The translations under genes and the position numbers were made by a program. A stretch of DNA of 64,000 nucleotides, from the NCBI RefSeq assembly GCF_009914755.1, contig NC_060935.1. One strand, 5' to 3'. The stretch comes from the human T2T-CHM13v2.0 reference genome, Homo sapiens. Positions 44,221 to 56,819 of the stretch are shown one piece after another. Numbering within the stretch: the first letter of the stretch is position 1; every line of letters begins with the position of its first letter. Under the pieces are notes generated by a model, which had not been told where the DNA came from, ran no database searches, and worked only from the letters and a program-made list of their open reading frames with translations.

Positions 44221-46519
44221 TTATTACAACTAAATAAAATATTTTAAAAACATATCCAAACCTACACTTGTAGGCAGAAAAAATGGAGAATTAGATAAAA
44301 GGAAAAAAGCTGCTATCGCAAAGTGGGGAAAATGTGATAAATTCATCTTCTTGGCGAGAAGCGGCTGGGCTGATATTTTATTCTTGATTGGCAATCCTAC
44401 TATAATGGTTGTTTTTTTCTCCCTTGTTACATCTTTCTGACCCTAGTTATGTGATTGATCTGACAATATCTCTACATGCAAATGTTCTTTAAAAATATGT
44501 GGAAAATCCCTGTGAACTTAATTAAGCAAAAATCAGTCTTGGACAGAATCCAGTTCCAGGACTCCATGATTAGTGTGCTTATAAGGTACAAACTCTTCAA
44601 TAATATTTGCCTCTGTCAGGTAGAAGTTACTATCCTTTTAAGGGCTAATTATTTCAGAAGATGTTTTATTAGGCTTACCACATGACATAAAAAAGGGACA
44701 AGAATTTCCTCTCCAAATTTCAAGCATGAATGCTTGGCCGTAAGAAGACAAGAGAGTGAGATGGGCTAAACGTTGGAACGGCAGTTATTCTTTATTGAAA
44801 TTACTAGAAAAGAAGTTATGAGAGAAAAATTTCCCTCTTAAAAAGGCTAGTTACTATCTTCTTATGTAGACATAGGATTTGTTTGTATTTTTAATAAATT
44901 ATCCTAACATGAAAAGTTTTAATTTTTCTTTTTGCACCATGGAATTTCTTTAAAATAGTTCTACAGTGCAAGTCATAATTTTCTGAAATACTTAGAAACT
45001 CTGAAGACAATGGACAGACGTGGCCATATGATTTCAAATATATCATCAAGGAATGATACAGCTTTTTGTCTTCTGTGTGCATATTGGATTGAAGAGAGAC
45101 TTCCAGCTCCTTTTGAGTGAGGTAAAGTGTTTTTCAAATCATAGATAAGCTTCCCAAAGGTAAGATTTTAACAGGTGTTAGTGAAACCAAGCTTTGCAGA
45201 TGTGTGAATTTTTTACTACATAGGAAATTATATCATTTGATTTTATAAGAATTGAAATGTTGAAAAATTTTGCTGGTGCAAAGTTGCTGGTTAGGTTTTA
45301 TATGATACTTGTCATGAGTATATTTACAAAATAGAAAAGTTAAGTCAGCAACCATGATATATCCTAAAAAGTTATAACTCCACCTAGAGAAGTAGGAGAC
45401 TCATGGTGAAAACGTGATTTCTCAGACAGCATCAAGACTTTGGTCCTCTGATAAAATGACCCCTTGTATAGATCCTGAGATGAATTGAGTAGTAGATGCT
45501 CGGTGATGCCTGGGAGCCTATCTTATTTGATTGGTGTGACACAATATATGTGTTCAATTAACACTTGGTGGTTGAATGAATAAATGAAAGACTGAACTTA
45601 TAATACACCTTTCTACAATATTTAGCATTAATTTAGAGGTAAACTGCTTATGATTACTAAGATTGGCATCTGCAAAAGATTAGATAGAACTAAAAAGATG
45701 CAAAAGCAGTTTGAATATTTGAGGACTGGTAAAAACCTTGAGCAGGTAAACATAGAGAATTGCAGGAAATTAGCTGAATAGGTTTCCTAGATCCCAGTCA
45801 TCTAAGATCTTGTAGGCCAAGATAGGGATATTGGATTTTATTGAGTATACAGGCCAAGGTAGGGATATTGGATTTTATTAAGCATATAATAGGAATATCT
45901 TGTAGGGGTTGAGATCAAAGGAGTAATAGAATCTGAATAATATAAGAACAAAAAAAAGATCATTTGGGCTGCTTCAGGAACACAGATTGTCAAATGCCGA
46001 AAGGAAAGTAGGTAGACCTGGCTATTGCAGTAGACCAGGAACGAATGGGGTGTAGTGAGAATGATCAAGTTTGTAATGTATTAGAGAGGAAAAGTGAACA
46101 GGCCTTATTAAGTATAGAAATAAACAATGTGAATAGAATATTCACAGGCCTTATTAAGTATAGAATAAAGGGTGAAGGAAGGACACTGATAAAATTTGTT
46201 CTGAACAATAACACAAAAGGAGTACCATTTTATTAATTTGATAAAAAAAATCCTAGGTAGGAATAGATATATTATGAAAAATTAAAAGTTTGCTTTTATA
46301 AATCATAAATTGAAGTCTGTTTGGAGGCATCAATTAGATAGCTGCAGATATGAGTTTGAAAATTAGGGGAGAAATGGAGTAAAGACATACAATTTTAGAC
46401 TGCTTCAGAATTTACAAGTTAGGAAAACGAGCAATATTCAAGTAAAGACACTAAGAAGAAAGTTTCAGTGGGTCGGTAAGATATCTGGTACTGTGACAGT
46501 TATGGACCATACATTGCGT

Positions 46520-46937
46520 GTTATGACAATTATTGTTTCATTATGTCCCCCCAACAAATTCATATTTTGGGGCCCTAACTCTTAGTACTTCAGAACATAA
46601 CCTTATTTGAGGTGAGTCTTTGCAGAGGTATGCAAGTTAAAATAAGATGATTGAGGTGGACCCTAATCCAATATGACTGATGTCCTTAATAGATAGGAAA
46701 ATTTGGATACAGACATGTATACAAAGAGTATTCTGTAGGAACCTATAGTTGGTCATTTATAAGCCAAGGGCAGAGGCTTGGAACATCTCCTTCCCTTATA
46801 GTCTTCCATAGGAACCAACACTGTTAATATGTTAATTTTGAATTTCTAAGATCTAGAACTATGAGACAATAAATTTCTGTCGTTTAAAGCACTCAGTTTG
46901 TTCTACTTTATTGTACCTGTTCTAGCAAAATAATACA
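46520..46937 (+). mobile_element. MLT1B/C LTR
   Basis: ggaccctaatccaatatgactgatgtcctt; tgagacaataaatttctgtcgtttaa...ctagcaaaataataca. Confidence 0.85.
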
Positions 46938-47302
46938 GCTTTCAGTTCTGGGAGTGGGGTACTGCTGCAATGAATACCTCAAATGTGGAAGTGGCTTTGC
47001 AACTGGGTAATGGGCAGATACCTCCAGAGTTTGAGGGTGCATTATAGAAAGAGCTTGGATATCCTTCAAGTTACTGTGAGTAGGAATATGGACATTGAAC
47101 AGTGATTCTGGTGAAGGCTCAGAAAGGAAAGAGGGGAGCTGAGGAGAAAACATCTATTATCTTAGAGAATACATATTTCATCATGAACTGAATGCTTCTA
47201 GAAATCTGAATGTCAAGGTCCTTGTAGTTAAGGTCAAAAATGGAAATTAGGAACATGTTATTGGAAAGTGGAGGAAAAGCGTCATTGTTATAAGGTGGCA
47301 GC
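46938..47302 (+). mobile_element. MLT1 internal fragment
   Basis: aatacctcaaatgtggaagtggctttgcaactgggtaatgggcaga. Confidence 0.8.
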
Positions 47303-47853
47303 CCTAGTAAATAATACAAAGAAATTTGGTCTATAGCCTTGCACACAAAATGCATTCTACCCACTATGAATATATATATATTAAGTGCATCTTCAGTGTG
47401 ATACTTCAGTGAGTTTATACATGGCACATCTTTTCATGGAATTCCCTTTTCCATCCTTTTCCTCACTTCTTTAAACTCATTAAAGTATCACTTCCGCTGA
47501 GAAATCTACCCAGGGCACAGTTGGATTTAGAAGTTCCAAGGCTGTGTAGCCATAGCACAATGTAAATTATTTATAATCACACTTGCTAAATTGGTTTTTG
47601 TCTGACCACTTTATTGTGGAATTCTGACAGTACACTGAAGATTAACAACCAAATTGACAATAAATAACTCTAAAGGGTATTTTTGTAATGATAAATAGTT
47701 TTCTATACGGACCTTTGCTCAAATGGCTTATATGCCAGAATCATCTCTGACATATGATATTTACTTGGCCCTTAGTCTTAGATATTAGATTATTTTCTCT
47801 TCACCACTGAAAGGGTAAAATCATCTTATGTTTGGATTATTTCTCTCTTCAGT

Positions 47854-48470
47854 TCATCTTTTGACCCAGAGCTTTCTCAAAGCACTTTTCACCTCTGCAT
47901 TTCTGAGGGTTAGACTAAAGGTTTTAACATAGGATTTATCATGGTATAAAACACAGCCACTGCTTTATTGATTGGGGAAGGGTCACTGGGCACAGATACA
48001 CAGATATACAGAACCCAAAGATAAGATGACCACGGTGGTGTGAGAGATGCAGGTAGAGAGGGCTTTAGCATCTTTCCTCCAAGCTGTGAGTTTTCAAAGT
48101 ACATAGGATGGCCACTTAAGAAACCATCAAGAAAATGATGTTTAATAGGTAGTTGAACCCACCATTGGCAGCAACAAAGAAACCAAGTGTATTAGTAGTA
48201 CCCATGCAGAGGAGTTTCAACAAAGTGTTTAAGTCACACATGAATGAGCTATGACATTGGGATCATAGAAAGGAAGTCAGACTGGGGAGAGGATCTAAAC
48301 TGTGCCTGGATAAAGCTTCCAGTACATGCCATTCCAGTGAGATGGCTACACCTATATTGATTCATGATGGTCATGTAGTGCAGATGGTCACATAACAGCC
48401 ATGGACCATCCCCATCAGTGGAATAATCTCAGCAGCACCAAAAGATGCTCAGCAAAGACTTCCAGATACT
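47854..48470 (-). pseudogene. OR4R1P: Heavily decayed, 5'-truncated OR family-4 pseudogene (TM3 to C-terminus)
   Basis: Minus-strand motifs [73 protein letters not shown], with stops and frameshifts. Symbol from recalled gene order. Confidence 0.85.
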
Positions 48471-48893
48471 TTATCCATATTGATACAAGCATGGTACTAC
48501 ATATGCTCCCATATTTTTTTATTAACTCATTAGGTACTCAAAAAAACTCAATAAACTTATATGATGATTTCATTTACAAAATATGACACAGAGTACTGAT
48601 TAGCATTTGATATCTTACAGCAAGTGTTAGAAAAATTTATTTACTGGTTTAGATATTTCTCATAAAATAGTTGTCTATCTATTATCTATCTTCTTCATCA
48701 TCATCTATCACTTTCTACCTAAATTATTTTCTAAAACCAGAGTGTTATAGACACTTTGAGAAAAATGAAGCATTTTCTACATGCATATTAAACATATGGT
48801 TTATGTAAAAGCCCAGTAAATAAGGCTTTTGGTTTTCACAGCATCTAAAATAAGGCTGTTGATTAGAGATAAGTCAACTAGCTCAATGGAGAC

Positions 48894-48905
48894 TTCCTCA
48901 GGGAA
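48894..48905. promoter_or_regulatory. Candidate O/E (EBF) site
   Basis: TTCCTCAGGGAA, one mismatch to TCCCNNGGGA, 1.5 kb upstream of OR4A47. Confidence 0.35.
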
Positions 48906-50349
48906 AGTTCAGTATCATTGAGAAGAAAATTTAGAAAGTTCTTGGCCAGTATTTATATACTATTTATCATTAATAGATTAAAATAGAGTTATTATGTATC
49001 TTTTCACCTCAGGAGGTATAATTCTGTTTGGAAAAGTAGGTGACTAATGGTGAAAAGAAGATTCCTTGGTTAGCACTAATATTTCTCCTCTGATAATCAC
49101 TTCTGGCCTAAACCCTAACCCTGAATGAGTTTGTGAACATTCTCTGATGGCTGGGAGTCTACTTTATTTGAGAGGCATAACACAATGTAGGTGTCATATA
49201 AACATTTTTCAATTGAATGAATAAATAAAAGATTATACTTACAATACACATTTCCACAATATTGACCATTATTTTAGAAGTAAGTGGCTTCTAATCTCTG
49301 AAATAAGTGTCTACAAAAAATAGATTAAATTAAGGATATGGAAAAGCACATTGTATATTTGGTGAATATCAAAACTGTCTGGAGCAGGATAAATGTGGAC
49401 AATTGTAAGGGATGGATTTGGGGAGGTAGCCTGGATCCAGGTCATCTAGGGTCTTGTAGGCCAAGGTAGAAAGATTGCATTTTATTGAGTGCAGAATAGA
49501 AATCCACCATGGGGTTTTTGAGTAGAGGAGTGGTATGATATTAATAAGATTTTCGAAAGATCATTTGGGCTACTTCATGAAGGAACATTATTAGAGGCCA
49601 GAAGATGAGTGGAGAGACTTTGCAGGGGGCTATTAGAGTAGGCCAGGGGGTAACAAGATGGTAGTGAGAAGGATCCAATTGGGATATTTTGAAGGAAGAG
49701 TTAACAGGGTTTGAAAAAAATATACTGATAAATAATATGAAAGAAATAGAGAAGTGAAATAGATTGTAAAATTTTTAGTTTAAACAATAACGTGGTAGGT
49801 AGCAACATTTAATGAAATGAAAATAAGGAAGAAATGGGTTGATCGGGAAAATTAAAAATTGGTATCAATTGAACATGTCAGTTGGTAGTCACATACAAAG
49901 ATCCATTCATAATTAGCTCTTCCCAGTTTGAAAATGTAAGTTACCTTAAGTGGTTTCTCGAGTATTATACATCTGTGAATTTATACAGGATGCATCTTTA
50001 TGTGGAATTCCCTTCCCATCCTCTCTTGTAGTTAATTATCACCTTTCCTTTATATCTCAGCTAAGACATTGCTTTCTCTGAAAAGTCTTTCCTGATCCTA
50101 GTTTGATTTAGTGTTTTAGCACTGTGAACCCTTACAATAATGTCAATATATTTATTATGACACCTATTTAATTGGTATTTAATTTATTCCCTTTGGTATT
50201 TTATTTACCAAATCACTGAGAGTACAAAATTGTGTCTTTTTCAACTTGGCAATTCCAAAGTCTATGACAGATTTGACATAGATGCTGCATACACATTTTT
50301 AATTGAATGAGTAAATACAATATTAAAATCATAATGCATTTAAAGATTT

Positions 50350-50366
50350 CCCCCCTTGTTTTATAG
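50350..50366 (+). promoter_or_regulatory. Splice acceptor of the OR4A47 coding exon
   Basis: ccccccttgttttatag|GTAAAC, 44 nt before the ATG. Confidence 0.7.
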
Positions 50367-50410
50367 GTAAACTGCTTATATGATCTGAAGTAAGCAGCTG
50401 TAAAGAATAC

Positions 50411-51340
50411 ATGGAGCCAAGGAAAAATGTGACTGACTTTGTCCTCTTGGGCTTCACACAGAATCCAAAGGAGCAGAAAGTACTTTTTGTTATGTTCTTG
50501 CTCTTCTACATTTTGACCATGGTGGGCAACCTGCTCATTGTAGTGACCGTAACTGTCAGTGAGACCCTGGGCTCACCAATGTACTTCTTTCTTGCTGGCT
50601 TATCATTTATAGATATCATTTATTCTTCATCCATTTCCCCCAGATTGATTTCAGGCTTGTTCTTTGGGAATAATTCCATATCCTTCCAATCTTGCATGGC
50701 CCAGCTCTTTATCGAGCACATTTTCGGTGGGTCAGAGGTCTTTCTCCTGTTGGTGATGGCCTATGACTGCTATGTGGCCATCTGTAAGCCCTTGCATTAT
50801 TTGGTTATCATGAGACAATGGGTGTGTGTTGTGCTGCTGGTAGTGTCCTGGGTTGGAGGATTTCTGCACTCAGTATTTCAACTTAGCATTATTTATGGGC
50901 TCCCATTCTGTGGCCCCAATGTCATTGATCATTTTTTCTGTGACATGTATCCCTTATTGAAACTGGTCTGCACTGACACCCATGCTATTGGCCTCTTAGT
51001 GGTGGCCAATGGAGGACTGGCTTGCACTATTGTGTTTCTGCTCTTACTCATCTCTTATGGTGTCATCTTGCACTCTTTAAAGAACCTTAGTCAGAAAGGG
51101 AGGCAAAAAGCCCTCTCAACCTGCAGTTCCCACATGACTGTGGTTGTCTTCTTCTTTGTTCCTTGTATTTTTATGTATGCTAGACCTGCTAGGACCTTCC
51201 CCATTGACAAATCAGTGAGTGTGTTTTATACAGTCATAACCCCAATGCTGAACCCCTTAATCTACACTCTGAGAAATTCTGAGATGACAAGTGCTATGAA
51301 GAAGCTCTGGAGAAGAGACCTCATATCAAGTAGTACATAA
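50411..51340 (+). CDS. OR4A47: Olfactory receptor 4A47, intact 309-aa single-exon 7TM ORF
   Basis: [61 protein letters not shown]; matches the recalled human protein. Confidence 0.95.
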   Translation: MEPRKNVTDFVLLGFTQNPKEQKVLFVMFLLFYILTMVGNLLIVVTVTVSETLGSPMYFFLAGLSFIDIIYSSSISPRLISGLFFGNNSISFQSCMAQLFIEHIFGGSEVFLLLVMAYDCYVAICKPLHYLVIMRQWVCVVLLVVSWVGGFLHSVFQLSIIYGLPFCGPNVIDHFFCDMYPLLKLVCTDTHAIGLLVVANGGLACTIVFLLLLISYGVILHSLKNLSQKGRQKALSTCSSHMTVVVFFFVPCIFMYARPARTFPIDKSVSVFYTVITPMLNPLIYTLRNSEMTSAMKKLWRRDLISSST

Positions 51341-52069
51341 GTGAGTTACCCACCAGGAAGAGAGTCATTTGACTTTACAGCCTTTCTCCTTGGGACCCAG
51401 GAGTTTTTTTAAATCTGATGCCATCTTCCCTTTCTTCAAAGAATTTACAATTATTATTAAAGAATGAACAGTATGATTGTGTTATTAATAACAGTTGATC
51501 TCTCTGCTAGAATGTAAGATCTATAATGTCTTGTTTTCCATTTTATCTGTAAAGGTGTAATGCATAAAGCAAGGAGGCAATAATATGTAGTGAATTAGTT
51601 AAGAAATTTTAGAGTTACATTGATTTTTAATCAAGTTATGCCTGTATGTTTTTGCCTTTCTTTCTGAGACTTAATTTCATTTTTAGTTAGATTCTTGTCC
51701 TTAAGTTCATTGTTCTTCTTATACTATTTAAAATAGTTAATGGTATATTTTATATCAATGCAGTCCTTTTCATCCAATTGAACTTGTACTGTATACAGAT
51801 TTTTAATGTAATATTTCTACCTTTTAAAAGAAGAATTGAAAGCCAAATGGATAATCATAAATAGTAAAAATGGAAACTGTACAAAATAATATAAAATGAG
51901 AAATAAATCTCTTGTCCATGTCTGAGTGCAGTCTCCTAGTTCTCTTCAACAGAGAAAGTCACTATTATCCATTTCTTAAGATGTTTCAGGTAATAATCTT
52001 TAAATGTAAATATATTTAAATATATGTGTGTGATTTTCTCTATGTACAGAAGCTTGCTACTTCACATAG

Positions 52070-52832
52070 AAGGGAGCTAGGGCCTAGGATGTGGGCCTCA
52101 TAACTCTTCCCAGTCCCCTATCCTACTGTGGTCAGTTAGTTGCATCCAGGATGCAAGACAAAGCCCTCTTTACTCTTCACAATTCACTCTCCTCTCCTCA
52201 AGCAGAAGGAAGGAGTCACTTTTGTTGCTGCAAGCTGCACTGCCTGGGGTCAGGGGAGGGGTGGCAGAAGCACTCCCTTGGCAGCCCTGGCTGGTGTCTC
52301 CGTAGGTCATGTGCTCCCCTATTGCACTGGCTCTAAGTCCAACCCAGCACTAGGACTTGCCTAGGAATTGCAGGCCTTGTGTCCTAGGCTGCCTTTGAAG
52401 TTTACCTAAGACCCCAGAGCACTTTAGCCCACAGTGGTGAGACTTGCCAAGAAATTCTAGTTTTGACTTCTGGGATGAGTGATTCCCCTCTGTCTAGAGC
52501 TGGTCCAAATGCAGTCTCCATGGGTGGGTGTCAGTTGAGCTCAGCATGGCTTTGCTCTCTGCTGTGACAAGGTAGCACTGAGTTCAATGCCAAACCCCGT
52601 GTCTATACTCTTTTTTCCTCAAGTGCACAGATTATCTCTTTGCACCATGCAGCCACTGCTGTGGAATCGAGGAGCGATTTAAGACAGTCTTTCCTAACCT
52701 CTTAAGTGTGTTTCATTCAGTGATGTGAAGTTAAAACCAGGTACTTGGATTGCTCACCTGGTTTTCTGTTGTTATGCTTGTGCTTTTGTGTGTGTGCAAT
52801 TAGTTGTTGAAATTCAGTGTTCCTGCAGGAGG
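52070..52832 (-). mobile_element. L1MA/L1PB-type 5' UTR fragment fused to a ~32-bp Alu 5' remnant (52835-52866)
   Basis: gatgcaagacaaagccctctttactctt; gttaaaaccaggtact...tgctcacctg; then ctgggattacgggtgtgagcca. Confidence 0.7.
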
Positions 52833-53619
52833 GACTGGGATTACGGGTGTGAGCCATTATGCCCATCCCAAGAAATATTTTCTGTTATAGGGGGAGAGAG
52901 ACAATAAACAAGTAAGCATATACATAAAAAGATAAAATATAACAGAGTGGAAAGGTGTAAAACATGAAACAAATGATGTGATAGAGAGCTACTCAAAAGG
53001 TAGGGGGTTAGGAGTGTTCAAAGGAGACCCAAGAGCACGTATTAACTGTTTACATAACCACTTCCAGGGACAAGAGACAATAAACTGAAAGGACATGAAT
53101 AAGTAAACTCACTGGAGAGGAGTTTCTGTTTGTGGAAAGGGGAATTTTATCTGACCTGGATGAGTATCAATAACATCTCTCCTTGATTGAAAACTACACA
53201 TTTTATTAAAAATAAAATAAACATGATACATACACACACACACAAACATATTTTAGCAAACTTAACCTACTATAATTAATTCAGCTCTAATTAAAATAAG
53301 GATGATACAAAATTAAACATACATATTTAGGCCATCATTTTTTTTCAAAACACCTTGTGCGTGCCTCCTGGCAGTTGGTGAACTTTCTGATGTATTCAAC
53401 AGCATTGATCTCCACTTTGTCTCTGCATGTTCTCCTTTTATTTTAATTTTTACCATTTTTTTCCCACATAAAAGGTCTTGCAGTCACTTAGAAATGCTGA
53501 GATAAATTGACTGGTATAAAGTAAGGTATATGATTAACGAAATTTACACTAAAGCTAATTGGCCTTTTCATGGACTATAAGACTATGCACAACCACTCCG
53601 TACTCAAACATGCATTTCT

Positions 53620-53932
53620 CTCTCAAATGTTGTATGACCCAGTACCCAGCTCTTCACAGCACACTTTTTTCTTGGTGGATCTCAGGTGTTCCTTCTGTTG
53701 GTGATGGCCTAGACCACTTATAGGGCCATCTGAAAGTCCTTGCAGTATTTGGTTGTCATGAAGCAATGGCTGTGTGTTGTGCTGCTGGTTGTGCTCTGGG
53801 CTGGAGGATTTTTGCACACAGTAATACAACTTGACCTTATTCATGGGCTCCCATCTTATGACCCCAATGTCATTGGTCATTTTGTCTGTAACATGGACCC
53901 CTTAATGAAGCTTGTCTGTGACTATACACTCA
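53620..53932 (+). pseudogene. OR4A48P: OR4A-family pseudogene fragment (TM3 to ECL2)
   Basis: [60 protein letters not shown]; closely parallels OR4A47. Symbol from recalled gene order. Confidence 0.85.
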
Positions 53933-54559
53933 ACAGATTTGCCTATTTTGCAGGTCATGATTTAAATACTAGGTTTTATATATTTCATTTACATTCAGAC
54001 TGGACTGTTTCCTTTTGGTGATTTGACTTTGTTATTCTTTTGTAATTTTTTCCCTAGAGGACATGGTTCTATAAATCTTGTTATACATAGTTATTATCCC
54101 TGTGGCGTCTCTGGAGATACAGAGCCTACCCTCAGAATTATGATGAAGGTCCCAATGAATTTAATTAGAGAAGAATCACCTTTGGAGATGCACCAGTTGA
54201 ATGACTCAACAATATGTGCTGTAGTTCAAATGTGGATAAAGTATCCACAGACTTCTGCCCTTATTTCGAAGAGTATTTGTCTATAGCAGTATTCACATGA
54301 CTGATTTTTTAGGAATTAAAATGATAGACTCAAACATGATAAAATAAGGATGAAAATTATTCTCCATCCTTCCTATTACCCAAGGTTCAACTACGTGGCA
54401 TGAATACAGGTTCATATAACTGATCGAAGAGCAATATGTTGTAAAGGCTATTTCATTATTTTACTTTTATTTGTATAAAATACAAATATTTATAGTAAAA
54501 AGTCACAATTCTCTCTCCCACAAATTCGAGTTTTTTCTTAACTTCAAAATGCTTATTTA

Positions 54560-55356
54560 ACCTATTCATCTTTTGATGAACACTTGGGTTGATTCCGTAT
54601 CTTGGCTATTGTGAATAGTGCTCCACAAATTATGGGAATGTAGGTATCTCTTTGATATACCGATTTCATTTCTTTTGGATATATAACTACCAGTGGGATT
54701 GCTAGATATATGCTAGTTCTATTTTTAATTTTCTGAGGAACCTCCATACTGTTTTCCATAGTGGCTGTATTAATTTACATTCCTACCAACATATTATGAT
54801 CATTCCCCTTTCTCTGCATCCTCATCAGCATTTATTTTCTGTTATTTTCATAATAGCCATTTTAACTGGGGTGAGATAACGTAATAAAAAGGATAAAATT
54901 CTGCCATTTGCAGCAATGTGGATGGAACTGGAGGATATTATATTAAATAAAATGAGGCAGGCACAGAAAGGCAAATATTGCAGGTGTTCACTCATGTGGG
55001 AGATAAAAAATTGACCTCATGATGGTAGTGAATAGAATGGTGGTAACCGGAGGATGGGAAGGGTAGTGAGGAGAGGGGATGAAGAGGAGTTGATTAATAT
55101 ATACAGAAATACAGTTAGGTAGGAAGAATAAGATCATGATAGGGCAACTATAGTTTATAGTTGACTGTATTTCAAAACAGTTAGAAGAGAAAATTTAGAA
55201 TTTTCTCAACATAAAGAAATGATAAATGTTTGAGGTGATGGATATCCAAATTACCCAGATATGATCATTACATGTTGTGTGCTTTTGTCAAAATATCATT
55301 TATACCCCATAAACATATACAATTATAGTGTATCCATTAAAATAAAAAATAAAAAA
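54560..55356 (+). mobile_element. L1MA 3' end with 5' inversion (54560-54880 antisense, 54883-55356 sense)
   Basis: Orientation switch at gtgagataac|gtaataaaaaggataaaattctgcc; A-rich tail at ~55338-55356. Confidence 0.85.
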
Positions 55357-56667
55357 GTATTTATATAACATGTGTTTGTTATTAGGACAAATTTTGCCAA
55401 CAGTGAATATTTTGGGTCTCAGTTCACAATCAAGATTGAGGCTTCTTTAGGTTACAGAACATTCTTGATATTCATTTTGAAAATCTCAGTAAGTTGAAAG
55501 GTAACCTTTTTTCCCCCTGAAAGACTGAGATAAATCAGACTTTCTACAAGCATGGAAAACGTTGATCACATGGAAGCATTTCAAGGTCCAGTGATGATTC
55601 ATGTGTTATTTTGCTCTCTGTGTTCACACAGATGGTGTCAGTGTACACAGCTGTTTTTTTTTTTAGGACAAGAGGGAAGGTACCATCATCAGAACTCGGA
55701 ATGAATTACTGTCTTCTTATGCAGATACCCAGGAAGGTATTTATGTGTGAGATTCTGAACTAGGCTTTACATTATGCAGTAACACTGATGATGTGGGAAT
55801 TCTGTCTTTTAATAGTTGTGTAAGTGATTCTGATAATAAGCCACATTAGTGGTTCTTCATGATTGCTAAACTATATGTGAATTGCCTCAATTCTGTAATA
55901 CTTTTTTGGATATTTTATCATTAAATAACAGAATAAATTTACTTTCTCTACATCAGTGTTCTTAGAAACTAATTTCAAATGTAACCATTTGGGGGATATT
56001 TTAATGGGCAGGTATTTGTAAATCTCTTTATAGGATCAAGCAGTGCGTTCTCTATGCATTGATTAATATGCTAAAAATTAGATGATGTAGCATCTGTAGA
56101 AGTGGAATGAGTGACTTTCAAGAACCCAAGGTAAGACTTAAGTAAGCAAGGTGTTTCCTCAATTCATAGGAATGATAGGTCAAGTAAGAAGAGTATTGAA
56201 ATTGACCACTGGATTTAGTAAAGTGAAAGTGTTATTTAGAAAGAATAGCAGAGAATCAAGATGGGGTGGTTGCTTGAAAGAAATCTGCGGTCCAAGGGTA
56301 TAAATATATTTTTAAACGTGGGGATAGATCATACAAATATGCTGGAAGAAGGATGCAATATAGGGAGGAAAATTGTTGATGTTCGAAATGGAGAAAATTG
56401 AAGGAACACTGTTCTTAAGAGTGGTAAAGAGCACGCAATCTAGTGCAACTCTAGAGAGGTTGGCCATAGTTAGCAACACAGACAATCTGTGTATTTGAAG
56501 AGCAGATGGGACATCATTTATGAGGTTAGATTGAAGTAATGTCAACAGAGACTTAGTGACTAGTTGTCATTACTAGGATTATTTTAGGAGATAGCTGGGC
56601 TAGTGAATATTGTCACTACTTATGATATAGTTTTTTTTTTTGTGTGTGTGAAGCCTTCTTTTTCTCT

Positions 56668-56812
56668 AACTCTCTCTTCCCTCCCTCCGTGCCTCCCTTC
56701 TCCCCTATTTCTTTCCCTCCCTCTTTTATTCCATCTTCCTCCATCTTCCTTCCTTCCTTCTTCTCCTCTTCGTTAGTTTTATTCTTTCACACACAACTTC
56801 TCTCCTCTCCCC
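56668..56812. repeat. CT-rich low-complexity tract
   Basis: Visible directly. Confidence 0.8.
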
Positions 56813-56819
56813 CACATCA

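Noticed and set aside
49109-49123. Telomere-like CCCTAA
   Set aside because: Only about two imperfect units; expected by chance.
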